Source: a virus. Taken from it: 35,641 nucleotides of DNA. Below are positions 14,874-22,262 of the stretch, piece by piece. Both the position numbers and the translations under genes were made by a program. Numbering within the stretch: position 1 is the first letter of the stretch; each line of letters opens with the position of its first letter. The notes beneath the pieces are model-generated. The model made no database searches. It saw nothing but the letters and a program-made list of their open reading frames with translations, and had not been told where the DNA came from. The stretch is from IMG/VR virus record IMGVR_UViG_3300045988_048484; one strand, 5' to 3'.

Positions 14874-15533
14874 ATGTGGTTATTCGGGTACATAGTCGGA
14901 ACCCTGGCGGCGATCGTCGACCTAATACTTATTATAGTTTCTGTTTCTGTCCCTGAAGATTCAGCATGGGGCGCCGTGGTCGTCCTGACGATCGTTGTCG
15001 CCGGTCTGTTCTTCAGTTCAACGAAGGCCAGGAAGACAAAGAAGGCCCAGAAGGAACACGCGGCCGCACAGAACAGGCCGTTTATGGAAGATAGCGCGCT
15101 GACATTGATCGAACAGGGCGGTCTTCCTGTAATAGTAGGAACGCCGGTGATCCTGGAAGAAGGCGAAGCGGCCCACTATTACGCGCCGGCGATTCGTTCG
15201 GTTACAAAAACAAGAGTGGTCGGCCACACAGGCGGCGGCGCCGGTGTCAGTGTCCGCGTTGCGAAGGGCGTGTCGGTCAGAACAGGCGGCGGTTCCAGTC
15301 GGAACGTCAGAAGTGACGTGACTGACGATTTCACGGGCGCCGTGGTTCTTACGAATAGGCGTCTGGTATTTCTTCATAACCAGGCCGGTTTTGAATGTAG
15401 ACTGGCCAGTGTTTCGGCGGTTACGCCGACAGCCGGTTCCGTTCTGATTCAGGCCGGTTCGAAGTCTTACCAGGTAACAGTCGCACGATCCGACCTGTTT
15501 GAAACAGTTCTTCAGTCTGTTATAGGACAATAA
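14874..15533 (+). CDS. Membrane protein with a C-terminal bacterial-PH/GRAM-like domain. It is the only plus-strand gene (moron or superinfection-exclusion candidate)
   Basis: Two N-terminal TM helices (LFGYIVGTLAAIVDLILIIVSV, AVVVLTIVVAGLFF). The C-terminus GAVVLTNRRLVFLHNQAGFECRLASVSAV shows a bPH-like pattern. RBS AGAGGTGA. Confidence 0.6.
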   Translation: MWLFGYIVGTLAAIVDLILIIVSVSVPEDSAWGAVVVLTIVVAGLFFSSTKARKTKKAQKEHAAAQNRPFMEDSALTLIEQGGLPVIVGTPVILEEGEAAHYYAPAIRSVTKTRVVGHTGGGAGVSVRVAKGVSVRTGGGSSRNVRSDVTDDFTGAVVLTNRRLVFLHNQAGFECRLASVSAVTPTAGSVLIQAGSKSYQVTVARSDLFETVLQSVIGQ

Positions 15534-15575
15534 AAAAGGCGGTCAAGGGAAATTCCCCTGACCGCTTCTTTTTTA
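15532..15575. terminator. Bidirectional rho-independent terminator between convergent genes
   Basis: AAAAAA-GCGGTCAAGGG-aaatt-CCCCTGACCGC-TTCTTTTTT. Confidence 0.8.
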
Positions 15576-16058
15576 TAGGTCTGCGTATTTTCCGAAGCCG
15601 CGACGCTTCAGTTCTTCGCGGTATTTCCGTTCCAGTCGTGCGTCCTGGGACTTCTTCGTGTTTTCGACAGCAGTCGTCAAAACAAGGTGTCCAGGCGTGA
15701 ATTTTACATACATACCGCCGCCGCGATAACCTTTCATATAGACGAAGGATTTTCCTTCCCACCGGCCAGGGACCCAGTGACCCCTGAAGCCATATTCAAG
15801 GTGTTTCGCGTATTCGACGTTATTGAACACGTCGATCTTGTAATACTTGCCGGCGCGAATGGCACGTTTGCCGAAGTTGAATCCGCGCATATAGTGGCCG
15901 GTTCTGTGGATATTCTTTCGCTGACAGATCAGGACCGCCTGATCGCGCGCGTATTCGCCTTCTTCGACGACCAGTCGGTCCATGATTTCCGGAATATCGT
16001 TTTCAAGTTCCTTCAGCTTCTTTTCCATGTCGATAAGTCCGTCGTGTTTTACTGCCAT
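15573..16058 (-). CDS. HK97 gp10-family head-tail/neck protein (XkdI-like), displaced to the end of the late region
   Basis: 161 aa. The MEKKLKELENDIPEI... start and NNVEYAKHLEYGF match the gp10-family N.VEYA..vEyG signature. Confidence 0.7.
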   Translation of the reverse strand: MAVKHDGLIDMEKKLKELENDIPEIMDRLVVEEGEYARDQAVLICQRKNIHRTGHYMRGFNFGKRAIRAGKYYKIDVFNNVEYAKHLEYGFRGHWVPGRWEGKSFVYMKGYRGGGMYVKFTPGHLVLTTAVENTKKSQDARLERKYREELKRRGFGKYADL

Positions 16059-16083
16059 ATAAATTCACCTCCTAACGAAGAAA

Positions 16084-16108
16084 GGCGGCCAGGTTTTCCC
16101 TGACCGCC
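16084..16108 (-). terminator. Terminator-like hairpin right after the endolysin stop; a paralog of the 15539-15565 hairpin
   Basis: Minus-strand RNA GGCGGUCAGG-GAAAA-CCUGGCCGCC, followed by UUUCUUCGUU (a weak U tract). Confidence 0.5.
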
Positions 16109-16113
16109 GCTTT

Positions 16114-17082
16114 TTATACTTTCTGAAGGTTGGACGCCTTGACGGCGGCGGTGACAGTCTTTCCGATACCAATGACGACACGATCGCCGTTCACCTGGAT
16201 CACGTCATAGACGTCATAATAGGTCTTGAAGGTTCCGCCGTTGTAGGTCTGGGCCTTCAGGACCTTTACTTTGTCGCCCTTGCGGATCGTCTGATCGGCG
16301 CCGGCGGAAATGTCGGCCGCGTCGACCCACCCGTAAACAGTGGAACCCCTTCCGGACACTGCGACCAGGTGGTAAGGGTGGGCCTTACCGGCCGCGATCG
16401 CGGTGATCTTCGCCTTTCCGGCCTTACAGGTTTTCCTTGTGGCGGTCTTATAGGCGGAAGTGTAGTGGCTTGTTCCGGTGAAGTCGACTTCCATTCCGAC
16501 GGCCAGGGGCTTTTCTTCGACCTGGTCGTCCTTTCCGACGACGGGTTCCTGATAGCTTCCCAGGCGTTTATTGACTTCGTCGGCGATCTGGCCGTGGCGG
16601 TTATACAGATAATCGCCAGGACAGGACTTGTTCGCATAATCGCGGTGAACGGTCATATTACAGCCGTTTCTGTGATTTACGCGGTCAGTCTTGTTCGTAG
16701 ACCAGACCAGTTTCTTGATCCCGTTTCGCTGACAGATGTCAGTCACCAGGTCGATCAGGGCGGCGAAGGCCTTGTCGTTTACGGCGTAGGGGTGTTTCGT
16801 ATCAGACGCGACTTCGATCGTGATCGCGCGGTGGTCGTTGGCGCCACTGGAAGAACACCAGGAACGGTCCTTTTCTTCGACATACATTCCGATTCGGCCG
16901 TCGACGCCGACGCCGTAATTCGAAGACGCCTGTCTGGAAGTAGGGGCGAAGATGTTTCCCAGGGTTTCGACCGAACACTGGCCGACGACACAGTGGATCG
17001 TGATCGTGTCGATCTTCTTATTTCTGGGACTGGTCTTGTTCGGGGAAATTTTGGTGTAGCTTACAAGGGGACTATTGCTCAT
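16114..17082 (-). CDS. Endolysin: N-acetylmuramoyl-L-alanine amidase (Amidase_2/PGRP) with C-terminal SH3-like wall-binding repeats
   Basis: IDTITIHCVVG...SSNYGVGVDGRI...AITIEV...HRDYANKSCPG is an Amidase_2 signature. It follows the holin genes. Confidence 0.88.
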   Translation of the reverse strand: MSNSPLVSYTKISPNKTSPRNKKIDTITIHCVVGQCSVETLGNIFAPTSRQASSNYGVGVDGRIGMYVEEKDRSWCSSSGANDHRAITIEVASDTKHPYAVNDKAFAALIDLVTDICQRNGIKKLVWSTNKTDRVNHRNGCNMTVHRDYANKSCPGDYLYNRHGQIADEVNKRLGSYQEPVVGKDDQVEEKPLAVGMEVDFTGTSHYTSAYKTATRKTCKAGKAKITAIAAGKAHPYHLVAVSGRGSTVYGWVDAADISAGADQTIRKGDKVKVLKAQTYNGGTFKTYYDVYDVIQVNGDRVVIGIGKTVTAAVKASNLQKV

Positions 17083-17539
17083 TTTCAGTCACGTCCTTTC
17101 CCACGGTGAACCCGATCGGATTCGTGGCCGGTTCTGCTTCCTGGGTGTTATCCACAGTTTCCACATTATCCACAGGGCCGGCGTTCAAAATTGCGGTGAA
17201 CTTCGTGAAGGCTTCCTTGATGTATTTACAGGACACCAGAAGAACGGCGCCAATGATCACCAGGTCGGCGAACAGGTCGGAATATTCTTCGGGGATCGCC
17301 CACCCGACTTCGTTCGCAAACAGGGGAAGCGTAGTCACGGAAATACACAGAAGGGTCAGTCCGACGACAAAGGTCAGAATCTTCAGGCCGCTTGTGATCA
17401 GCTTTTCACGGCTGAACTGTTCCTTCTGAAGTTTGATGTTATACCAAAGGGAAAAGGTGACGTTCGCCAGGTATGCCGCTAAAAAAATCAGCATGGCCCA
17501 CCCGATAGTCACCAGGTTCGCGATAACTGCTTGATACAT
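17072..17539 (-). CDS. Holin-like membrane protein (3-4 TM helices)
   Basis: Hydrophobic helices (IGWAMLIFLAAYLANV, ILTFVVGLTLLCISV, VIIGAVLLVSC). It overlaps the endolysin start by 11 nt. Confidence 0.7.
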   Translation of the reverse strand: MYQAVIANLVTIGWAMLIFLAAYLANVTFSLWYNIKLQKEQFSREKLITSGLKILTFVVGLTLLCISVTTLPLFANEVGWAIPEEYSDLFADLVIIGAVLLVSCKYIKEAFTKFTAILNAGPVDNVETVDNTQEAEPATNPIGFTVGKDVTENEQ

Positions 17540-17541
17540 GG

Positions 17542-17805
17542 TTAAACCTCCTTTGTATCGTTGTAAACTTCGGGGCCGTATTGCTTCCGAAGTTTGATTC
17601 GGTTTTCGGCTTTCGCCTTACTGTAATAGAATCCCGTCGCGGTTGCCAGTTCGGCGAAGACGGCCGGAATCAGATAGGCCAGGGGTGACGCGTCGCCGGT
17701 CTTCCAAACAAAGGCCAAAGTGAAGACCGTCACGACGATCGTGACGGTCCCCACAACGGCCATTATGATTTTGGAAAACTCGCGGCGTTTCTTACGCCTG
17801 GTCAT
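17542..17805 (-). CDS. Small two-TM membrane protein (holin/antiholin-like lysis accessory)
   Basis: 87 aa with KIIMAVVGTVTIVVTVFTLAFVW and YLIPAVFAELATATGFYY. It lies inside the lysis cassette. Confidence 0.5.
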   Translation of the reverse strand: MTRRKKRREFSKIIMAVVGTVTIVVTVFTLAFVWKTGDASPLAYLIPAVFAELATATGFYYSKAKAENRIKLRKQYGPEVYNDTKEV

Positions 17806-18055
17806 GGTGTTCCAGGTCTTCGATTCGGTGGTTCGCGACCTTCATCTTTTCTTCATAAACGTCAAGCGCTTTTTCGACCTTGTAAAGTCTTTCGACCGCG
17901 CTATTATGAAGTTCCACCTTCTTTTCAAGCTGTTCCAGGCGGTAAGCGATCAGCGCCGAACTTTTCCGGTGGGCGAAATAGGTTCCGGCCAGGGTTCCGA
18001 CCAGGGACAGAAGTCCTATGATAATTCCTTCGGTCATTCGGTCACCTCCGTCCAC
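17792..18055 (-). CDS. BhlA/UviB-like protein: N-terminal TM anchor plus coiled coil
   Basis: GIIIGLLSLVGTLAGTYF is followed by a heptad-rich stretch LEQLEKKVELHNSAVERLYKVEKALDVYEEKMK. Confidence 0.5.
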   Translation of the reverse strand: MDGGDRMTEGIIIGLLSLVGTLAGTYFAHRKSSALIAYRLEQLEKKVELHNSAVERLYKVEKALDVYEEKMKVANHRIEDLEHHDQA

Positions 18056-18504
18056 CCATAGACGCCAGGTTCCCAGACGTTCGCGTCGACGTCAGAAGTC
18101 CAGTGTTTCCCGTTGTGGGAAACCTTCGCGCCGGCGTCATAAGCGTCCTGGGCGCCGACAGGCTGTGACCAGTCGGGCCATTCCACGGTCGGATCGCCAA
18201 TCTTCACCCACAGGGAAACGGCGGCGTCAGGGGTCCAGTCTGCTTGTGAAGTGTGATCCTGAATACAGCGGTACAGTTCGCCGTTATGGCGGCGAATGTT
18301 GCCGGCCTTGTATGTAGCCGGATAGACCCAGGGCGAAAACTGACTGGCGTTTTCGGTTGCGGTTACGTCGTCGATCTGGCCGCCTTCAGCCAGGGTCACA
18401 AAGGCGATAGAAGTCGCCCTGGAAATTTCGTTCACGGGGTTCTGTGCTTCCTGGGCCTTTGCTTCCTTCATGCTGACGGCTTCGCATTTTGTAGGATCGA
18501 ACAT
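18034..18504 (-). CDS. Protein with two CBM5/12-like (chitin-binding-type) carbohydrate-binding repeats
   Basis: YKAGNIRRHNGELYRCIQDHTSQADWTPDAAVSLW and YDAGAKVSHNGKHWTSDVDANVWEPGVYGW match the Y..G..V...G..Y........W.P pattern. Confidence 0.65.
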   Translation of the reverse strand: MFDPTKCEAVSMKEAKAQEAQNPVNEISRATSIAFVTLAEGGQIDDVTATENASQFSPWVYPATYKAGNIRRHNGELYRCIQDHTSQADWTPDAAVSLWVKIGDPTVEWPDWSQPVGAQDAYDAGAKVSHNGKHWTSDVDANVWEPGVYGWTEVTE

Positions 18505-18521
18505 TTCGGTTTCCTCCTTCC

Positions 18522-20222
18522 TTATGCGAAACGGATCGTCGCCTGTGTAACTTCGATTTCTTCGTCACCCTTCAGGATATAGAAGCGATAACCCAGGCCG
18601 TAACCGTTCGCGGCTGTCGTGTTGCTGAAAACGTGAACAAGGCTGTTCACTTTGCTTGTGATTTCCTCCCATACAGGGGAATCGTCGAACGGATTGTTCG
18701 TGACTTCCAGGTAAAGGGTGGAATCCGCCGGCCTTTCGGTCGGATAAAGAGAAATAAAGACCTTCTGGACCAGGGCGTCGGTAGAGAAGGCGCGCGCGGC
18801 CGCGATTCTGCTGACGGTTCGGCTGAAGGTGATCTTCCTTGTGGCCGTTCCGCCGGCGCCGTCGCTTGCGGTGATCGTCAGGACGTGGGTTCCGGCGATC
18901 AGTTTCAACCAGACGTCAGTCAGGTCGATCGTGTTTGTGGCGCCGCTTGTGGCGGTGTAGCTTCGAAGGGTGATCGTTTCGGAACCGTTCGTCAGAGTTT
19001 CAACGACGGTCAAGGTCTGGGACGAAGCCTGGGCGTCAGTCACGGTATAGGAATGACTGAAGGGGTCAGTCTTCGCGCCGACGTTGGTGTCGGAACCGCT
19101 GATCACGGGCGCGGTGTTGTAGGAAATGGTTTTCGCGGAACCGGTACAATATCCGGATTCAAGGCCGTTCGCGTCGACTGCCTTCACGCGGACCTGATAG
19201 GTCGTTCCGGACGTCGGAACAGTGTCGGTGATCGACTTTGTGGTCGTGATCCCGATCTGGGTGTAGGCGCCGGAATCGGTTCGTCTTTCCCAGACGTAGG
19301 AAATGGCGTCGCCTTCAGGATCGGAAGAACCGCCGGTCGTGATTGTCAGACTATTTCCGGCCTGTGGTGTGCCATAGGAAATAGAAGACGGATCAGTGGG
19401 CGGCTGATTCCACTGAAGGATATAAGCGCCGTCTGTGTCTGTTGAATCGGATACCAGATTCGTAGATGCCAATTCCAAAGCCGGCCGAACGCCATAGTCG
19501 CCACCGTACGCGCTGTAGCCGTTCAGACTGCCGCCAGTGTAGACACTGCGCGCAAGGTGCGCGCCGCCGGCGTACGGGGTACGAAGCCACCAATACCAGG
19601 CAGAAGAAGCGTTCAGACTGGAATTTGTATATTCGGACATGCTGACTGCTTCGGCCGTAGGCATACACTGACGACGTGTGGCGCTGTTGAAGTAAGACCA
19701 GACGGTTCCTTCTGCGACGCTGTTTTCGTTGGCCAGGCCGACTTCGGTGTTCGACAACAGATAGACCTTTCGGGTGATGTCTTCATAACCGCCGCCGTCG
19801 GTGACGGTGTTCTTTGCGACACGGATCACGCTGTCCAGGATCGCGGCGCGGAAGTCTGCTTCGAAGTTGGTCAGGAAGCCGGCTTCGGCGTCGTATTCGT
19901 TGTAGTTCGACCAGACATTCGCGTTTGTGGGCGCGGCGTCGGCGCTGTGCCTTGCGGAATACCAGGAAGAAGCGGCACTGTTTAACCACTGGTCAATGTT
20001 GGACACTGAATAGCGGTTATTACCGTAGTTCTTGCGATCGGAATTACTGTTCGACGCTTCCTTCGCGTCGAAGGCCTTCAGTGTGATAATCTTTTCAGTG
20101 ACCAGTTTCGTTCGGCCCGTCGCCTGGTGACCCACTATGAACCTGATCTGTTTCCCGTTGTACTTCGTATTCGCCGACTTGACGATCGCGCCAACGGGCA
20201 AAGCGGAAAGTAATTTCGCCAT
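18522..20222 (-). CDS. DGR target protein 2 (566 aa): N-terminal variable lectin-like domain, followed by Ig/FN3-like repeats and a C-terminal beta-rich domain. Probable receptor-binding tail protein
   Basis: It contains VR2 at about codons 215-248 (WYWWLRTPYAGGAHLARSVYTGGSLNGYSAYGGDYGVRPAL). Downstream come DPEGDAISYVWE- and NTAPVISG-type Ig-like segments. RBS GGAGGGAATAACCT. Confidence 0.88.
   Translation of the reverse strand: MAKLLSALPVGAIVKSANTKYNGKQIRFIVGHQATGRTKLVTEKIITLKAFDAKEASNSNSDRKNYGNNRYSVSNIDQWLNSAASSWYSARHSADAAPTNANVWSNYNEYDAEAGFLTNFEADFRAAILDSVIRVAKNTVTDGGGYEDITRKVYLLSNTEVGLANENSVAEGTVWSYFNSATRRQCMPTAEAVSMSEYTNSSLNASSAWYWWLRTPYAGGAHLARSVYTGGSLNGYSAYGGDYGVRPALELASTNLVSDSTDTDGAYILQWNQPPTDPSSISYGTPQAGNSLTITTGGSSDPEGDAISYVWERRTDSGAYTQIGITTTKSITDTVPTSGTTYQVRVKAVDANGLESGYCTGSAKTISYNTAPVISGSDTNVGAKTDPFSHSYTVTDAQASSQTLTVVETLTNGSETITLRSYTATSGATNTIDLTDVWLKLIAGTHVLTITASDGAGGTATRKITFSRTVSRIAAARAFSTDALVQKVFISLYPTERPADSTLYLEVTNNPFDDSPVWEEITSKVNSLVHVFSNTTAANGYGLGYRFYILKGDEEIEVTQATIRFA
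19475..19580 (-). repeat. DGR variable repeat VR2
   Basis: It aligns without gaps to TR 21452-21557. Over the 100-bp core (19481-19580) there are 17 mismatches, all where the TR coding strand has A. Confidence 0.93.
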
Positions 20223-21288
20223 AGGTTATTCCCTCCAATTCTTTTCTGAACAGGCTGAAGAACAGGTCGTCCGTCTTCCTGATCAGATGATAGCTGTTCC
20301 CGTGTTCGGCGTGGCCGGTCCAGGACGAATATGACTGAATGATCGTTTCAATGTCGATCCGGCCTTCGTCCAGAAGGTGACGGAATTTCTTCAGCTTTCG
20401 TCTGATTCGGTTTTTGCTGTCACGGCGAATTTTGCGGATCACCTTTCCGGTGTCCATCATGTAGGTCCTAAAACCCAGGAAGTCGATCCCCTGGGTCAAG
20501 GGAAATATGGCCGTTTTCTGGTTCAGTTCCAGTCCAAGCGGAACAAGGAATTTTCTGATTTCTTCCAGGCAATACTGAAGATATTCCTTGTCGTGGTGGA
20601 TCAGATAGAAGTCGTCCATGTAACGGCCATAAAATTTGATTCCCAGACGTTCCTTGATCATGTGGTCCATTCCGGATAGGTACAGGACCGCGAACCATTG
20701 TGAAGTGTGGTTCCCGATCGGGATTCCTGGCCCTTCGGTGGAATCTATGATCATATCAAGAAGCCATAAGACGTCGGTGTCTTTGATAAGCCGGCGAAGC
20801 TGTGATTTCAGAACGTCGTGATCGATTCTGTAAAAGTATTTTCGAACGTCGCACTTCAGGACCCACCCGTCCGTCCCGTGTTGCCGGTAAAACTTCTGCA
20901 TAAACAGTTTCAGGCGGTCAAGGCCGAAGTGTGTTCCTTTGCCCTTTTGACTTGCGTAGTTGTCGTATATGAAGGTTTTTGAAAGAACCGGTTCCAGGAC
21001 ATTGTCGCAAAGACTGTGCTGAACGATTTTGTCGCGGAATGAATTATACATAATCAGGCGTTCCTTCGGTTCCTTTACTATGAAGCAGTTATAAGGCGAA
21101 AGGCGGTATTTGTGTGACGTCAGCATGAAGTGAATGAACATAAGGTTTTCAAGAATGTTCGCTTCGTATTTGCAGACGGCATACTTCCACCGTTTACCTT
21201 TGCGCGCTTCTGTATACGACGAATACAGGCTGTTAAAGTCTGCGACAGACGCGAAGTCAGAAGGTTCTGCTTTCTGTTCTTCGCTCAA
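20095..21288 (-). CDS. DGR reverse transcriptase
   Basis: Hallmark IGNHTSQWFAVLYL (the DGR-specific motif-4 SQ) and catalytic YMDD (GRYMDDFYLI). TTG start at 21288 behind AAGGAGGA. The 3' end overlaps the target 2 start by 128 nt. Confidence 0.93.
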   Translation of the reverse strand: MSEEQKAEPSDFASVADFNSLYSSYTEARKGKRWKYAVCKYEANILENLMFIHFMLTSHKYRLSPYNCFIVKEPKERLIMYNSFRDKIVQHSLCDNVLEPVLSKTFIYDNYASQKGKGTHFGLDRLKLFMQKFYRQHGTDGWVLKCDVRKYFYRIDHDVLKSQLRRLIKDTDVLWLLDMIIDSTEGPGIPIGNHTSQWFAVLYLSGMDHMIKERLGIKFYGRYMDDFYLIHHDKEYLQYCLEEIRKFLVPLGLELNQKTAIFPLTQGIDFLGFRTYMMDTGKVIRKIRRDSKNRIRRKLKKFRHLLDEGRIDIETIIQSYSSWTGHAEHGNSYHLIRKTDDLFFSLFRKELEGITYGEITFRFARWRDRQVGEYEVQRETDQVHSGSPGDGPNETGH

Positions 21289-21451
21289 TTTAGAATCCTC
21301 CTTGACGCTTATAGTCCGGCCGTCACCACGGAAGGCCTTTCGTCGTCAATCATGTATTTACCGTAGCCTTTCCGGCTTGCGGAAGGAAACGACCTCCTTT
21401 GTTGGGGTACTCTGCTTTCAGGTTCGTCGCCTTACTCGGTCACGTTTTCCA

Positions 21452-21557
21452 CCAAATCCGGCCGAACGCCATTGTTGCCATTGTACGCGTTGTTGTTGTT
21501 CAGACTGCCGTCAGTGTTGACATTGCGCGCATTGTTCGCGTTGCCGGCGTTCGGGGT
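21452..21557 (-). repeat. DGR template repeat (TR)
   Basis: It lies between avd and the RT gene. On the coding strand it encodes TPNAGNANNARNVNTDGSLNNNNAYNGNNGVRP, with 13 AAY Asn codons. The 100-bp core contains 31 adenines. Confidence 0.93.
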
Positions 21558-21583
21558 AACAGGTCGTTCCCTAATGGGTTTTA

Positions 21584-22042
21584 TCACACGCCTTCAGGTA
21601 TCGGCGCCGAAGGTTCCACCGGTTCGGCGGTTTCCTGTTCGGCCTTATACCATTTAGCGGTCATAAACTTAACGTCCAGGGTCAGCTTCGTCCAGTAGTC
21701 AAAGGTTCCCTTGTCGATATAGGACCGCTTCTTCGACAGTTCGATCATGTGAAGCAGTTTCTTACATTCGGTCAGGGCGGCCCTTTGCAGACGAAGCCGT
21801 TCCAGGCGATCCGCTTCGTCGCGGATCGGGAATATTTCGTTCGCTTCCAGTAGGTCGTCATATATGGCCATGACGTGACCCTGGATTCTGTTGACAATAG
21901 AAAAGCGAACCTTCTTCGGGAAGCGGTTCGCGTTGTCAGTCAGGTCCAGGGTGTAGTCGATCAGCTTGTCGGCCACCGGAAGAACGTGAAGCGGACTTTC
22001 GTTTTTATTCGAAGACCGCTGATAATTTCTTCGGGTTCCCAT
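21584..22042 (-). CDS. avd: Avd-like DGR accessory variability determinant (four-helix-bundle protein)
   Basis: 152 aa. LIDYTLDLTDNANRFPKKVRFSIVNRIQGHVMAIYDDLLEAN fits the Avd/four-helix-bundle pattern. It ends 26 nt upstream of the TR. Confidence 0.8.
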   Translation of the reverse strand: MGTRRNYQRSSNKNESPLHVLPVADKLIDYTLDLTDNANRFPKKVRFSIVNRIQGHVMAIYDDLLEANEIFPIRDEADRLERLRLQRAALTECKKLLHMIELSKKRSYIDKGTFDYWTKLTLDVKFMTAKWYKAEQETAEPVEPSAPIPEGV

Positions 22043-22262
22043 TGATACACCTTCGCTTTCTTATTCTTTCGACTGTTTCCGGATCGCCGGAATAGTCGAA
22101 GCCATATTCACGAAGGACGACGGTTTCTTCCGTGCCTTCGTAGGTTACGCCACACAGAACCACGCTGTCGCCCTCACAATGGCCGCAGACGGGCCGAAGT
22201 TCGGTGAATAGGTTAGACACCAGACAGGACGTTTCTGAAGGCGTACAGGCGAACCTGGTCAC
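22005..22262 (-). CDS. Hypothetical Cys-containing small protein (85 aa)
   Basis: Its start overlaps the fiber-gene stop by 4 nt. No family was recognised. Confidence 0.4.
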   Translation of the reverse strand: MTRFACTPSETSCLVSNLFTELRPVCGHCEGDSVVLCGVTYEGTEETVVLREYGFDYSGDPETVERIRKRRCINGNPKKLSAVFE

